A DNA stretch of 64,000 nt, taken from positions 13,374 to 77,373 of the forward strand of contig QMSB01000001.1 of NCBI GenBank assembly GCA_003650815.1, given 5' to 3'. The position numbers were made by a program, and so were the translations under genes. This document shows, one piece after another, positions 44,996 through 54,647 of this stretch (its first letter is position 1; every line of letters starts with the position of its first letter). Under the pieces are notes generated by a model that was not told where the DNA came from, made no database searches, and saw only the letters and a list, made by a program, of their open reading frames with translations. Origin of the DNA: Thermoprotei archaeon. Lineage in GTDB: Archaea > Thermoproteota > Thermoprotei > Thermofilales > B15-G2.

Positions 44996-46045
44996 GTGAA
45001 GCCTTTAAAACTAGGTCTTATTGGAGCCGGAGTAGGAGCAGACTTTGTCGCTAGGGCGGTCTCAGTAATAAAGGAGGAAAATATAGTAGAGCTAGTAGCC
45101 GTAGCTAGTTCACATCCTGAGAGAGCTAAGGCTTTTGCAGAAAAACACGGGATTCCTAATTGGTATTCTGATTACAAAGAGATGTTGAGGAAAGCTGGTA
45201 TAGAGGCTGTAGCGATATGTACTCCTCACTACCTTCACTTCCCTATGGCTATAGATGCTATTGAAGAGGAGCTCCATGTTCTAGTAGACAAACCCATGGC
45301 TATCAGCATCAGAGAAGCAGATGAAATGATCAGAAGGTCGGAGAAGAAGGGAGTAAAACTAGGAGTTATTCTCCAGAGCCGCTTTGACCCCAAGTTTAGG
45401 AAAATGAAAGAACTAATAGACTCCGGTGAACTAGGCAAAATAATTCTCGGCGAAGCTGTAGTCAAATGGCATCGTACTCAAGAATATTACGATAAAAGTG
45501 TTTGGCGTGGACGATGGGCTACAGAAGGCGGAGGAGCTCTGATAAATCAAGCAATACATACAATCGACCTATTAATATGGATGCTCGGTGAACCAGACTA
45601 TCTATGGGCACAAATAGACACAGTAGCACACAACATAGAGGTAGAGGACTTAGCCACAGCAATAATTAGGTTCAAGAATGGAGCACTAGGGGTAATTGAA
45701 GGAAGCACTGCTACTTACCCAGGTTTCCCGACTCGCTTAGAGGTTCATGGAACTGAGGGAGCTATATTAATTGAAGGCGAGACAGTTAAATTTGCTGAAG
45801 CTAAAGGCAAGAAACTAAAAATAGAGGAAGAAAAGACAGGGAAGTTGGCTTCATGGGCTAGACCAGAGCTCGTACCTCCTGAAAACCACGCTAGACTAAT
45901 AAAAGACTTCGCTCTAGCAGTAAGAGAAGACCGTAAACCTTACATAGATGGCTATGAAGGCAAGAGGGCCGTCGAAGTAATATTAGCAATATACGCTTCA
46001 GGAAAGAGAAACGAGCTAATAAGATTCCCCTACAAAGACTACTAA
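44996..46045 (+). CDS. Gfo/Idh/MocA-family NAD(P)-dependent oxidoreductase
   Basis: 349 aa with a GTG start. The N-terminal Rossmann motif is LKLGLIGAGVGADFVARA, followed by CTPHYLH and LVDKPMA. Confidence 0.85.
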   Translation: MKPLKLGLIGAGVGADFVARAVSVIKEENIVELVAVASSHPERAKAFAEKHGIPNWYSDYKEMLRKAGIEAVAICTPHYLHFPMAIDAIEEELHVLVDKPMAISIREADEMIRRSEKKGVKLGVILQSRFDPKFRKMKELIDSGELGKIILGEAVVKWHRTQEYYDKSVWRGRWATEGGGALINQAIHTIDLLIWMLGEPDYLWAQIDTVAHNIEVEDLATAIIRFKNGALGVIEGSTATYPGFPTRLEVHGTEGAILIEGETVKFAEAKGKKLKIEEEKTGKLASWARPELVPPENHARLIKDFALAVREDRKPYIDGYEGKRAVEVILAIYASGKRNELIRFPYKDY

Positions 46046-46173
46046 AGAGCTTCTCTAAATATTATTTTAGCTATTTATTTAATGTTATTAAACATAAAAA
46101 GTATAAATGCATTATATTTTACAGTAATAAAGTTATTTAGTAAATAAAAATTAAATTAAATTTTAAGATTTAC

Positions 46174-46260
46174 TTAAAGGTATTTACCGCAGTTATAGCA
46201 GTACCAGCGTTTATACTGCTCAATCCATGTAGCGGGTTTACCACATGTAGGACAAAATAG
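46174..46260 (-). other. Zinc-ribbon coding segment in the +1 frame relative to the PRC-barrel ORF
   Basis: My translation is LFCPTCGKPATWIEQYKRWYCYNCGKYL* (CxxC-x14-CxxC). This frame has no ATG and is open back to about 46373. Removing one A from the AAGAAAAAG run would join it to the PRC-barrel ORF. Confidence 0.6.
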
Positions 46261-46591
46261 GAGCCTCCTTTTTCTTACCAAATAGTCCAAAACCCTTTTT
46301 CTCTTGAGGAGCTGCAGTTGGCGCTGTTGGAGTAACAGCTGGTGCTGCTGGAGCAGCTGGTGCTGAAGGTATCTCTACCTTTTCTTTCAACAGAATGATA
46401 TCTCCTATTTTAGACACGTTTTCCCACGAGACTTCAATTGTAGCTCCCGTTTTCGCACGTATTATTAAAGTGAACGTTGCTTCGCCTGGAACGAGCCCAA
46501 GATCCACTACGTCTCCGACGTACTCAGCATCGGGGTCGTATACTTTCATACCTATTATTTTTGATCTAGGAATACTTTTTTTCTCGCTCAT
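46238..46591 (-). CDS. PRC-barrel domain protein (apparently truncated by a frameshift before a C-terminal zinc ribbon)
   Basis: 117 aa. The N-terminal IIGMKVYDPDAEYVGDVVDLGLVP...WENVSKIGDIILL is PRC-barrel-like. A Pro/Ala/Thr linker follows, then the ORF stops after KKKEAPILSYMW. Confidence 0.7.
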   Translation of the reverse strand: MSEKKSIPRSKIIGMKVYDPDAEYVGDVVDLGLVPGEATFTLIIRAKTGATIEVSWENVSKIGDIILLKEKVEIPSAPAAPAAPAVTPTAPTAAPQEKKGFGLFGKKKEAPILSYMW

Positions 46592-46653
46592 TTTCCTCGT
46601 AATAACTTATGAAAGCGTAGAATTTAAACTTATTGAATTTAATATGTATACTG

Positions 46654-47256
46654 ATGATGATTCCTAAGGAATGGCTTAGGCGTAAGAAGGAACGTTTAAA
46701 GCGAATAGAAAGAGATAAGAGTATAGGTTATTTTGATGAAAAAATAGATGAGTTGGTTAACTTAATAAATGCAGTACCCGACTTAAGTACCACCAGTAGT
46801 TGTAGCGGTAGAATAATTTTCTATGAGTCTGAGGGTCCCTGGGGCTTTGGCCACGGAGAAATTATAGCTAAATTCCACGACATTATTACAGAGGAGCTGT
46901 TAGAGAATGTTCTGAAAAAGCCTGTAAAGAAAATTCTATGGGCATCTGCTCAAGGACCAATAATTCATGTCGCCTGCAGGGACATATATTCAGCGAGCTG
47001 GCTCAATAAGCTGGCTAGAAGAGTAGGATTTAAGCATGGTGGAATAATTTCGGTAGAAGATGAAGTAGTACTGGAGTTAAGAGCAGTGGATAGAGTAGAT
47101 ATTCCTCTTAAATATCGTGAAGCTCTATTAGTGAACGATCTGAGTGTGATAGCTGATATCTTGAACAGTGTTCTAAAAAGGGGATGGGAGAAGATAGAGA
47201 AATTGTCTAGTCTTTTATCAAATATAGATGAGTATGAGTTTTTAAGAGAGAAGTAG
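46654..47256 (+). CDS. taw3: tRNA wyosine-derivative biosynthesis methyltransferase Taw3 (TYW3 family)
   Basis: The TYW3 signature TTSSCSGRI is present. I use the ATG at 46654 (MMIPKEW). The ORF track starts at a TTG at 46633. Confidence 0.8.
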   Translation: MMIPKEWLRRKKERLKRIERDKSIGYFDEKIDELVNLINAVPDLSTTSSCSGRIIFYESEGPWGFGHGEIIAKFHDIITEELLENVLKKPVKKILWASAQGPIIHVACRDIYSASWLNKLARRVGFKHGGIISVEDEVVLELRAVDRVDIPLKYREALLVNDLSVIADILNSVLKRGWEKIEKLSSLLSNIDEYEFLREK

Positions 47257-47258
47257 TG

Positions 47259-48611
47259 TTAAGGAGCTGAGCATACTTTGCTAACGTAGTTTAGTGCTCT
47301 TTCGATAAGCTTATTGTATTCTCCTAAAAAGTTTTCAGGCTTTAGAAGTCTAACTAAATCTTCTTTGCTGAGGTATTTTCGAATAAAGTCATCTTTTTCT
47401 AAAACTTCTCTGAAACTTACCTTCTGTACAAGAGACTTCTCTACGAGTTTCTTCACATGAAAGTAGGCCTTTCTCCTGTCTACACCTCTATAGAAGAGCT
47501 CTGCTACAATAGCTTCTGAGAAAGCTCTGCCGTCTGTTAACCATAAATTCTTGTTGATGTTTTCTGGAAATACCTTAAGGTTTTCTATGACATTAGTAAT
47601 AGATAGTAGCATTTCATCTAAAATTATGAGTGATAGCGGTATTATGAAACGTTCGCAGGAAGAGTTTGTTAAGTCCCTCTCATGCCATAGAGGGATGTTC
47701 TCTAAAGCGGGAACAGTGAATCCTCTCAGCACTTTAGCTAAGCCTGAAACTTTCTCACATGTAATAGGATTAGTTTTATGAGGCATAGAGCTACTTCCAA
47801 CCTGTACTCCGTACTTAAAGCCCTCGGCTACTTCCATGATTTCAGTTCTCTGAAGATTTCTTATCTCTGTGGCTATTCTGTCTAAACTTGAGGCTGTTAA
47901 TGCACACCACAAGACGAGTTCTGCGTAACGGTCTCTATCAAGAACCTGTGTATAAATCTCTGCTGGAGGAAGTTCTACGTACTCTGCGAACTTTTTCTCT
48001 ATGCTTAGACCTAAGTCTCTGTAGGCGGCCATAGTTCCCACTGGTCCTCCTAGTTTACACACTAAAACTCTTTTCTTTAGCTCACGTAGTCTTTCCAGGT
48101 TTCTAGCTACTTCACATGCGTATACCGCGAACTTAAATCCGAGAGTTATGGGTGAAGCATGTTGCCCGTGAGTTCTGCCAATCATTACTAAGTCTCTATA
48201 TTTCTTCGCTTTCCTCTTTAACAGTAAGGCTAAACGCCTTAACCTTCTCTCAATTATGGTTAAAGAGTCTCTGAGCTGCATACTGGTGGCTGTGTCTATT
48301 ATATCGTTACTGGTAGCTCCGAAGTGTAAATATTTTCCATAGTCTCCTGAGACCTCGTAGAGGGCCTCAACGACTGCCATTAACTCGTGCTTTATTTTCT
48401 TCTCGATTTCCTTAACTCTATTTAACTTTACTCTCTGAGCAGCTTTTTCCACAGCTTCCCCTGCTCCGGGAGGAGCTAGTCCGTGGTCTTCAAGAGCCTT
48501 TACTAAGGCAATTTCGGCTTTAAGTAGGTACCTCAGGCGGCTTTCCTCATCGAAAACAGCCTTGATTTCGCTACTGCCGTACCTACTTGTATCCACGGGA
48601 CAGATAGGCAT
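47259..48611 (-). CDS. purB: Adenylosuccinate lyase
   Basis: 450 aa with the fumarate-lyase signature GSSSMPHKTNP and TSNDIIDT. Confidence 0.93.
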   Translation of the reverse strand: MPICPVDTSRYGSSEIKAVFDEESRLRYLLKAEIALVKALEDHGLAPPGAGEAVEKAAQRVKLNRVKEIEKKIKHELMAVVEALYEVSGDYGKYLHFGATSNDIIDTATSMQLRDSLTIIERRLRRLALLLKRKAKKYRDLVMIGRTHGQHASPITLGFKFAVYACEVARNLERLRELKKRVLVCKLGGPVGTMAAYRDLGLSIEKKFAEYVELPPAEIYTQVLDRDRYAELVLWCALTASSLDRIATEIRNLQRTEIMEVAEGFKYGVQVGSSSMPHKTNPITCEKVSGLAKVLRGFTVPALENIPLWHERDLTNSSCERFIIPLSLIILDEMLLSITNVIENLKVFPENINKNLWLTDGRAFSEAIVAELFYRGVDRRKAYFHVKKLVEKSLVQKVSFREVLEKDDFIRKYLSKEDLVRLLKPENFLGEYNKLIERALNYVSKVCSAP

Positions 48612-48750
48612 AGTTAAATCACGTGTCTGTCTATAAGAAAATGTCCGCTGAAATATAGCTTAGCCTTTAGTTTACGGTCATATATAGTGTAAAAATTGAA
48701 AATTTAAAAAGGCACAAAGATTATTTATTCGCTCTGAATAAATAAATGGA

Positions 48751-50067
48751 ATGAAGATATCAGTACTGAGCAGAGACGATGTGTGTGGAACCGCCATACT
48801 AGTTGAAGATAAAAACAAATCTATTTTAGTCGACTTTGGGCTTAAAGTTCACGAAGAGGAAGAAGGGGTTATTTTAGGCGGAGCACTTAAAGACTTAAGA
48901 AATATTGTTAGCAAGATTAAGGGAGTCTTTATCACGCACGCCCACCTTGATCATACAGGCGCCCTCCCTCTTCTATGTAAGTGGGGCTATGATGGCTTCA
49001 TATACTCTACTGAGCCCACACGTCCTCTCACTAAGAGGCTCTTACTGAACAGTGTTAAGGTTTCTAGGAATAAGCCTTTCTTCACGGTAAGAGATATTCT
49101 AGTAGCAAGAGAGAGAATGCGGGCAGTAAGGTTTTTTGAAGAAGTTGACCTCAGTGGAATTAAAGTAATTTTTTACAGCTCTGAGCACATCATAGGCTCA
49201 GCAATGGTATTTATTAAAGGGGAGAAGAGAGTTCTCATAACTAGTGACTTCAAGTGGGAGAAGACTATGCTTCACCACGGTGTTCAGAGTAAAATAGCGG
49301 GGTCACTTATTTATGAAGAGCTAGAGCGCTGCGACTTAATGATAATGGAATCTAGTTATGGTAATAAAAGGCTTCAGGGACTTAAAGAACTCACGCTTAA
49401 GCTTTCTAAAGAGATTTCTAGTACTGTAGATAAAGGAGGAACAGTATTAATTGTAACAGGAGCTATAAATAAGCCCGCAGAAGTTGCTTTAATGATTAAA
49501 AGGGGTGTTGAAAAAAATATTATTCCTAAACACATTAAAGTCTACATAGACGGACTCGCTGCAAAGTTCTATGACATGTTAATAACATTTAGACGCTTTA
49601 CTCGAGTGAAAAATAGTAGAGTACTAAGCAGAGCTGTAAAAAAGGTCTCTCTCGAGGAGAGAGAAGAGCTCATAAGCAATAATGAGCCTAAGGTTATAAT
49701 TTCAAGTGGAGAGTACTTAGGAGGAACCACTAGTCTCTACTATTTTAAGAAGTTAGCTCAAGATCCTAAGAATACTATCATTTTTGCTTCATCGAATATT
49801 CCTGAAGGAACTCTAGCACATACAATAGTTTATGGAAAGCAACACAGGGTATTCATTGAAGGCGATTCCGTTAGAATAAACGCCAGAGTAGTTACTATTC
49901 CTATATCTCTTCACAGCGACTATCGCGGACTAGTACAGTTTGTGAAGTTAATTAAGCCTAAAAAGTTAGTCTTAATTCACGGTAGCAAGGAGTCTAAGGA
50001 ATTCCTTGCACGTTACCTAAAAAACTATGACCCCGTAATAGCAAGTGAAGTGAGGCTGAAAATATGA
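48751..50067 (+). CDS. Metallo-beta-lactamase / beta-CASP family nuclease (aCPSF2-like, no KH domains)
   Basis: 438 aa with HAHLDHTGALP (HxHxDH). The length and later ESSYG and LIHGS motifs fit a beta-CASP layout. Confidence 0.7.
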   Translation: MKISVLSRDDVCGTAILVEDKNKSILVDFGLKVHEEEEGVILGGALKDLRNIVSKIKGVFITHAHLDHTGALPLLCKWGYDGFIYSTEPTRPLTKRLLLNSVKVSRNKPFFTVRDILVARERMRAVRFFEEVDLSGIKVIFYSSEHIIGSAMVFIKGEKRVLITSDFKWEKTMLHHGVQSKIAGSLIYEELERCDLMIMESSYGNKRLQGLKELTLKLSKEISSTVDKGGTVLIVTGAINKPAEVALMIKRGVEKNIIPKHIKVYIDGLAAKFYDMLITFRRFTRVKNSRVLSRAVKKVSLEEREELISNNEPKVIISSGEYLGGTTSLYYFKKLAQDPKNTIIFASSNIPEGTLAHTIVYGKQHRVFIEGDSVRINARVVTIPISLHSDYRGLVQFVKLIKPKKLVLIHGSKESKEFLARYLKNYDPVIASEVRLKI

Positions 50068-50633
50068 GCTTAGTCTTAGATCCCTACATATTAGTCAATT
50101 TAACAAGAAAATTCTATGTCCGACTTAAAGGAAATAGCAAGGAGCCAAAAATAGCTAGAGGAAAATATCTTATCGAAAATTCAAGCTGTGCTGAGGCCTT
50201 GAGAGAAGCTCTCTTAAATGATAATAAAATCAAAAGCATAATATTATATGTTTATAGAGACCGCGTGAAAATAGTGCTTAAGACTGTTGAAGGAGAGTAT
50301 GTTCATTTACATGGGAGCCCGACAGTCTATGAAGTAAACACAATATTTTCTACATGTAAGCTTCCAATAAGATTACATAAAAAACCAGGCCCTGTTTTAA
50401 CGAAAATTATAAGGGGGGTGTCACACGATGTGTTCTACCTTACTAAGCTTAAACCGAGTATAATTAAGCTCATAGCTAAGTGGGCGGAAAATCATCCTGG
50501 ACACAGGATCAAAGTATATTGCTGGTCTAAAAGATACGCTAAGATAGCGAGACTAATCTTCTGTAAGAGACGCAACGTTAAAATCATATTTATTAAAAGT
50601 GAACACTACAGGGGAAGCTCTAGAGGGAGATGA
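50064..50633 (+). CDS. Hypothetical basic protein
   Basis: 189 aa with ATGA overlap to the beta-CASP gene. No motif recognised. Confidence 0.5.
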   Translation: MSLVLDPYILVNLTRKFYVRLKGNSKEPKIARGKYLIENSSCAEALREALLNDNKIKSIILYVYRDRVKIVLKTVEGEYVHLHGSPTVYEVNTIFSTCKLPIRLHKKPGPVLTKIIRGVSHDVFYLTKLKPSIIKLIAKWAENHPGHRIKVYCWSKRYAKIARLIFCKRRNVKIIFIKSEHYRGSSRGR

Positions 50634-51313
50634 GATTTCTCGAGTAAGATGTCTCCTTTTCTGTTCATGACTACATTAAACGCATAAGCTTCTACACCTT
50701 GAGACAGAGCAGATCTGAGAAGTCTACCGTATTCTGGTGAAATCTCAATGAATGGTCTGAAAGCCCTTACTCCTGGAAAAGATGCTGCAAACACTACTAC
50801 ACTTCTGTAGCCCATTTTCCTAAGTCTTATCAAAGTATACAAGTGCCTTATTCCCCTAGGTGAGGGCGCGTCAGGGTACATTGCATAAACTCCGTTAGAG
50901 TGGACTGCGCTTTTAAGTTCGATAAATCCTATGAAGTCGCTCGATTTAATTAAGTAGTCTAGAATAGACTCATAGGCTCGTGGATTTCGCTTAACTATAG
51001 TCCAGTTTTTCATCCAGGGGAAAGTATCTTTATGGGCTAGCTTCTCAAATATCTTCATGTGAAGAGAAGTATCTAAAATCGAGTACAGGCCTCTTTTCAC
51101 TTCAACACAGAGCAGAATATATCTAGTCTTTCCTGTACTCTTTGGAATACAGAAGGCTTTCGCGCCTTTGTTAAGCAAGCCAGCTAATCTCCCAGTGTTT
51201 CTGAGGAGAGCTCTGTGGATGCTATTCTCGATGTTCACTAATACGGTAAACAGGGTCTCTCTTCTGAGTATTCTACATTCAACTACTCTCGGTAGCTGAA
51301 GTATCTTTACCAT
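50606..51313 (-). CDS. sfsA: SfsA-family nuclease (sugar fermentation stimulation protein A homolog)
   Basis: 235 aa. ILDYLI...FIELKSAV...MYPDAPSPRGIRHLYTLIRL...VVVFAA matches the SfsA pattern (FPDAPTxRGxKHL). Confidence 0.8.
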   Translation of the reverse strand: MVKILQLPRVVECRILRRETLFTVLVNIENSIHRALLRNTGRLAGLLNKGAKAFCIPKSTGKTRYILLCVEVKRGLYSILDTSLHMKIFEKLAHKDTFPWMKNWTIVKRNPRAYESILDYLIKSSDFIGFIELKSAVHSNGVYAMYPDAPSPRGIRHLYTLIRLRKMGYRSVVVFAASFPGVRAFRPFIEISPEYGRLLRSALSQGVEAYAFNVVMNRKGDILLEKSHLPLELPL

Positions 51314-51938
51314 TAGTCTCTTCTCTAGCTGAACAGATATTTAAGTATTCACAGTACTCGCATAGTTTAGACTGTTCTGGCTCTGGGATAGCTCCCTTCT
51401 TTAAGGCGTCCGAAAACTTCTTCACTCGCTGTAATAGGCTAGCTATAGCTTCTTCGTCTCTAGCTATCTCATACGCTTTAACGCGCCCATCGCTTCTGCT
51501 GACATATACTATATATGCTTTAGGCTTGTTGAAAAGCCACATGTATAGCTGAGACTGCGCGACATGACTGTCATAAGGCTGCTTCGGAATACGTGACACT
51601 GTCTTGAATTCTATGAGAGAGTCTTCTAAGAGCCTGTCTACTCTACCTCTGATTTTAACTCCCTCATATTCTCTTTCTACTAGCTCCTCGCCAGCACCTA
51701 GAGGAAAGCTCTCTTTCAGCAAAAAGTGGGCGCCATCGCCCATCACCATTAAGACTACTTTATTGTCGCTTGGAGGCTCAGCTAAAGTACGCCGATACCA
51801 GCTTTTTCTAAGACACTGGGTTATCTCAGTAACATAAACTATATCGCTCGGTGGAGGAAATCCTCCTCTATCCTCCTCCCATGCTCTCCTAAAAGAAGTG
51901 TAGACTATTTTTTCGAGAAGCTCGCCGCTTATCATCAC
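51279..51938 (-). CDS. Cas4-like PD-(D/E)XK exonuclease with a 4-Cys cluster (stand-alone)
   Basis: 219 aa. An N-terminal Cys (ITQCLRKSWY) plus a C-terminal CEYCEYLNIC, and the core GRVDRL...IEFKT. The start is GTG at 51938 or ATG at 51935. The 3' end overlaps the sfsA start by 35 nt. Confidence 0.75.
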   Translation of the reverse strand: MMISGELLEKIVYTSFRRAWEEDRGGFPPPSDIVYVTEITQCLRKSWYRRTLAEPPSDNKVVLMVMGDGAHFLLKESFPLGAGEELVEREYEGVKIRGRVDRLLEDSLIEFKTVSRIPKQPYDSHVAQSQLYMWLFNKPKAYIVYVSRSDGRVKAYEIARDEEAIASLLQRVKKFSDALKKGAIPEPEQSKLCEYCEYLNICSAREETNGKDTSATESS

Positions 51939-51995
51939 TACTTAGATTTACTTATAAAAATATTAGATTATTCTCAGAGGGTGGCGAAAGTAGTC

Positions 51996-52568
51996 TTAGA
52001 CTGCCTTGTAACCCTCATCAAAAGCTCTGAAGTTCACTTCAAGATATTTATGCTTAATGTTCTTCTTAAGAGACTCTAGTAGCTCTTCTTTACTGAGGGG
52101 GAGTATACCTAGCTTGGCTACTGAGCCTAAGATCACAGTATTTGCTATTAGACGCGGTCCCAGGGAGTCTGCTATCTTGTTTGCTGGAATGAGGTAGAGT
52201 TTTCCTGTATTTTCTTCAATTAGCTTAACTATCTCTTCTTTACTGGGGACACTCACTCCGGGGACATTAGGGGGGTAAATCCAGTCATTTGAGATGACTA
52301 TTCCTCCTCTCTTCAGCAAGTAGAGGTATCTAGTACACTCTAGAAGTTCTAAAGATATTAGAGCTTTAGCCATGCCATGGGATGGTCTGGGACAATCTAC
52401 GTCACCATATCTTATGTAGGTTACAACACTTCCTCCTCTCTGAGCCATTCCATGAACTTCAGCTACTCTAACTCTGAGACCCTTTTTCACTAGAGCATAG
52501 CCTATTATTTTAGCCATTGTTAAAATACCCTGTCCTCCAACACCCGAGATTACTATAGTCTCCATCAT
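51996..52568 (-). CDS. iorB: Indolepyruvate:ferredoxin oxidoreductase subunit beta
   Basis: The start is MMETIVISGVGGQGIL, with ATGA overlap to the iorA stop. The ORF track extends upstream to 52619. Confidence 0.88.
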   Translation of the reverse strand: MMETIVISGVGGQGILTMAKIIGYALVKKGLRVRVAEVHGMAQRGGSVVTYIRYGDVDCPRPSHGMAKALISLELLECTRYLYLLKRGGIVISNDWIYPPNVPGVSVPSKEEIVKLIEENTGKLYLIPANKIADSLGPRLIANTVILGSVAKLGILPLSKEELLESLKKNIKHKYLEVNFRAFDEGYKAV

Positions 52569-54418
52569 TTTCTCACCCTTATAGCTCCAAACGGACATAT
52601 TTGTGTGCAAACATTGCATCCAAAGCAGAGACCTTCATCTATCTTTACTTTACCATCCTCGACGATAAGCGCGGGACACGCAAACGTGTTTACACAGACC
52701 ATACAGCCTCTGCAGTCTTCTACTACTGGCGGTTTTCCTCTGAGACCTTTCCTAGCGGCAACTAATGCACATAATCTTCGTGCTACTACTACAGCAGGCT
52801 TTCTCTCCCTTTTCGCGTACTCCAGGGCGTCCTTAATTACTTGAATAGTTTCCTTCAAGTTATAGGGATCTACTACTCTGACGAACTCTACTCCGCAGGC
52901 CCGTGAAATATCTTCGATTTTAATGACCTTAGACCGCTTGCCTGTAGCTGTCATACCTGTGCCTGGATGAGGCTGATGTCCTGTCATCGCTGTTACCCCA
53001 TTATCCATGACTACGGCGACCAAGGGTGCTTGTATGTAGACAGCATTAATTAAGCCAGGAACCCCAGCATGATAGAAGGTGGAGTCTCCTATAGTTGCTA
53101 CTACTGGTTTTCCAGTAAATCTAGCTATTGCAGCGCCTTCTCCTATACTAGCGCCCATGCATGTTGAGGTGTCTTGTAGCTGGAAAGGTGGATTAAATCC
53201 TAGGGTATAGCAGCCTATGTCCCCAGTGCACGGGATACGCTCTCCTAGTTCTTTCATAGCTTGTTTAATTGCGTAAAAGGTAGCTCTATGAGGGCATCCA
53301 GGACACATTGTAGGAGGTCTAGTGGGTATTTTTCCAGATAACTTTTCTTCAAGAGATATGCTTTCAGAGGGCTCTTTTACTTCTACTCCAACCAGTCTTG
53401 CTACAGCTCTCATAACTGAGAATAAGTCTAGCTCTCCAGCTACGGGCAGGTAGTCTCCCTTACCGTGCACAGGAATCTGTACTCCTAGATCAAATAGCTT
53501 TTCCTTAACCCTCCGGAGGACGAAGGGATCTCCTTCCTCGACAACGAGTATTTTCTCGACGCTTTCTATAAATTTCCTAAAGAGCTTAGCAGGCAGAGGA
53601 TTTGAAGAAGCTAGTTTCAGTACTCTCACTTTACCCCATAGCCCTAAAGCCTTTAGTGCGTCACGAGTATACGCGTATCCTATTCCAGAGGCTATTATAC
53701 CGACTTTTCCTTCGCCCTCAAGTCTATTAAACTCAAATGACGATAGAACATCTTCTAGTTTCGTTATTCTTTCAAGCATTTTGACTCTAAGTTTTCTCGA
53801 GTTTACTGGAAGAAGAACCCAGCGAGAGGGATTGTAAGTAAACTCAGCTTTTCTCTCAATTCTACGGATCTCGCCTAAGACAACGTCTCCCCTAGTATGG
53901 CATATTCTAGTAGTTACTCTAAAGAGAACAGCTGTTTCGTATTTCTCAGAGAAATCATAAGCGGTAGTCAATAGGTCTTTAGCTTCCTGAGGACAGTAAG
54001 GCTCAAAGCAGGGAATATATGACATGAGACTGTAGTATCTGTTATCCTGTTCGTTCTGACTACTGTGACACCCAGGATCATCCGCTGAGACTACTACTAA
54101 GCCTCCTCTCACTCCACTGTAGCCTATAGACATAAAGACATCCGCCGCCACGTTCAGTCCCACATGCTTCATTGTTGCTAGAGCTCTGAGCCCGCACATC
54201 GACGCGGCATAGGCTGTCTCTAGTGCGACTTTCTCGTTAACGCACCAGTCGACTATCATTCCGATCCTGTCGGCTACTTTAGCTAAAGTGTCTATTATTT
54301 CGGTAGAAGGTGTTCCGGGATATCCAGCAGCTACATGTACTCCTGCTTCAATAGCTCCTCTAGCGATAGCCTCATTGCCTAAGAGAAGAGCTCTCTCTCC
54401 AGGTGATCCGAGTATCAA
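52565..54418 (-). CDS. iorA: Indolepyruvate:ferredoxin oxidoreductase subunit alpha
   Basis: 617 aa with a TTG start. Motifs are LLLGNEAIARGAIEAGV, the TPP motif GDSTFYHAG, and two C-terminal 4Fe-4S motifs (CRGCMVCVNTFACP, CFGCNVCTQICP). Confidence 0.92.
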   Translation of the reverse strand: MILGSPGERALLLGNEAIARGAIEAGVHVAAGYPGTPSTEIIDTLAKVADRIGMIVDWCVNEKVALETAYAASMCGLRALATMKHVGLNVAADVFMSIGYSGVRGGLVVVSADDPGCHSSQNEQDNRYYSLMSYIPCFEPYCPQEAKDLLTTAYDFSEKYETAVLFRVTTRICHTRGDVVLGEIRRIERKAEFTYNPSRWVLLPVNSRKLRVKMLERITKLEDVLSSFEFNRLEGEGKVGIIASGIGYAYTRDALKALGLWGKVRVLKLASSNPLPAKLFRKFIESVEKILVVEEGDPFVLRRVKEKLFDLGVQIPVHGKGDYLPVAGELDLFSVMRAVARLVGVEVKEPSESISLEEKLSGKIPTRPPTMCPGCPHRATFYAIKQAMKELGERIPCTGDIGCYTLGFNPPFQLQDTSTCMGASIGEGAAIARFTGKPVVATIGDSTFYHAGVPGLINAVYIQAPLVAVVMDNGVTAMTGHQPHPGTGMTATGKRSKVIKIEDISRACGVEFVRVVDPYNLKETIQVIKDALEYAKRERKPAVVVARRLCALVAARKGLRGKPPVVEDCRGCMVCVNTFACPALIVEDGKVKIDEGLCFGCNVCTQICPFGAIRVRK

Positions 54419-54647
54419 ATTTACACCATGTCTCTATTGTATATGAGTTTAATTTGTCTTTTTATGAAAAATAAGCGCATTTGCCTCAAAGTTTCTTGAC
54501 AGAACTTAAGCATTGCTTTAACAAAGTATTATATAAGAGAGTTAAAAGTCAGCGTACCGACCCGCATGATCTGCCATATCTTTTCTTAGACATACAGCTT
54601 CCTTTTGCTGAGAGACTAGCTTTAAATAAAGGAGTCTCTTCTATTAG

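Noticed and set aside
46046-46173. Very AT-rich ~130-nt stretch considered as a replication origin or ncRNA
   Set aside because: It lies between convergent gene ends, which fits terminator-rich spacer. There are no ORB-like repeats and no cdc6/orc1 gene nearby.
46640-46680. CTGATGATGA C-box-like sequence near the taw3 start
   Set aside because: No CTGA D' or D boxes occur at 12-nt spacing downstream. The sequence encodes the MM of the likely taw3 start.
51932-51938. GTGATGA C-box-like heptamer on the minus strand
   Set aside because: It is simply the GTG-ATG-A start of the Cas4-like gene, with no correctly spaced D box.
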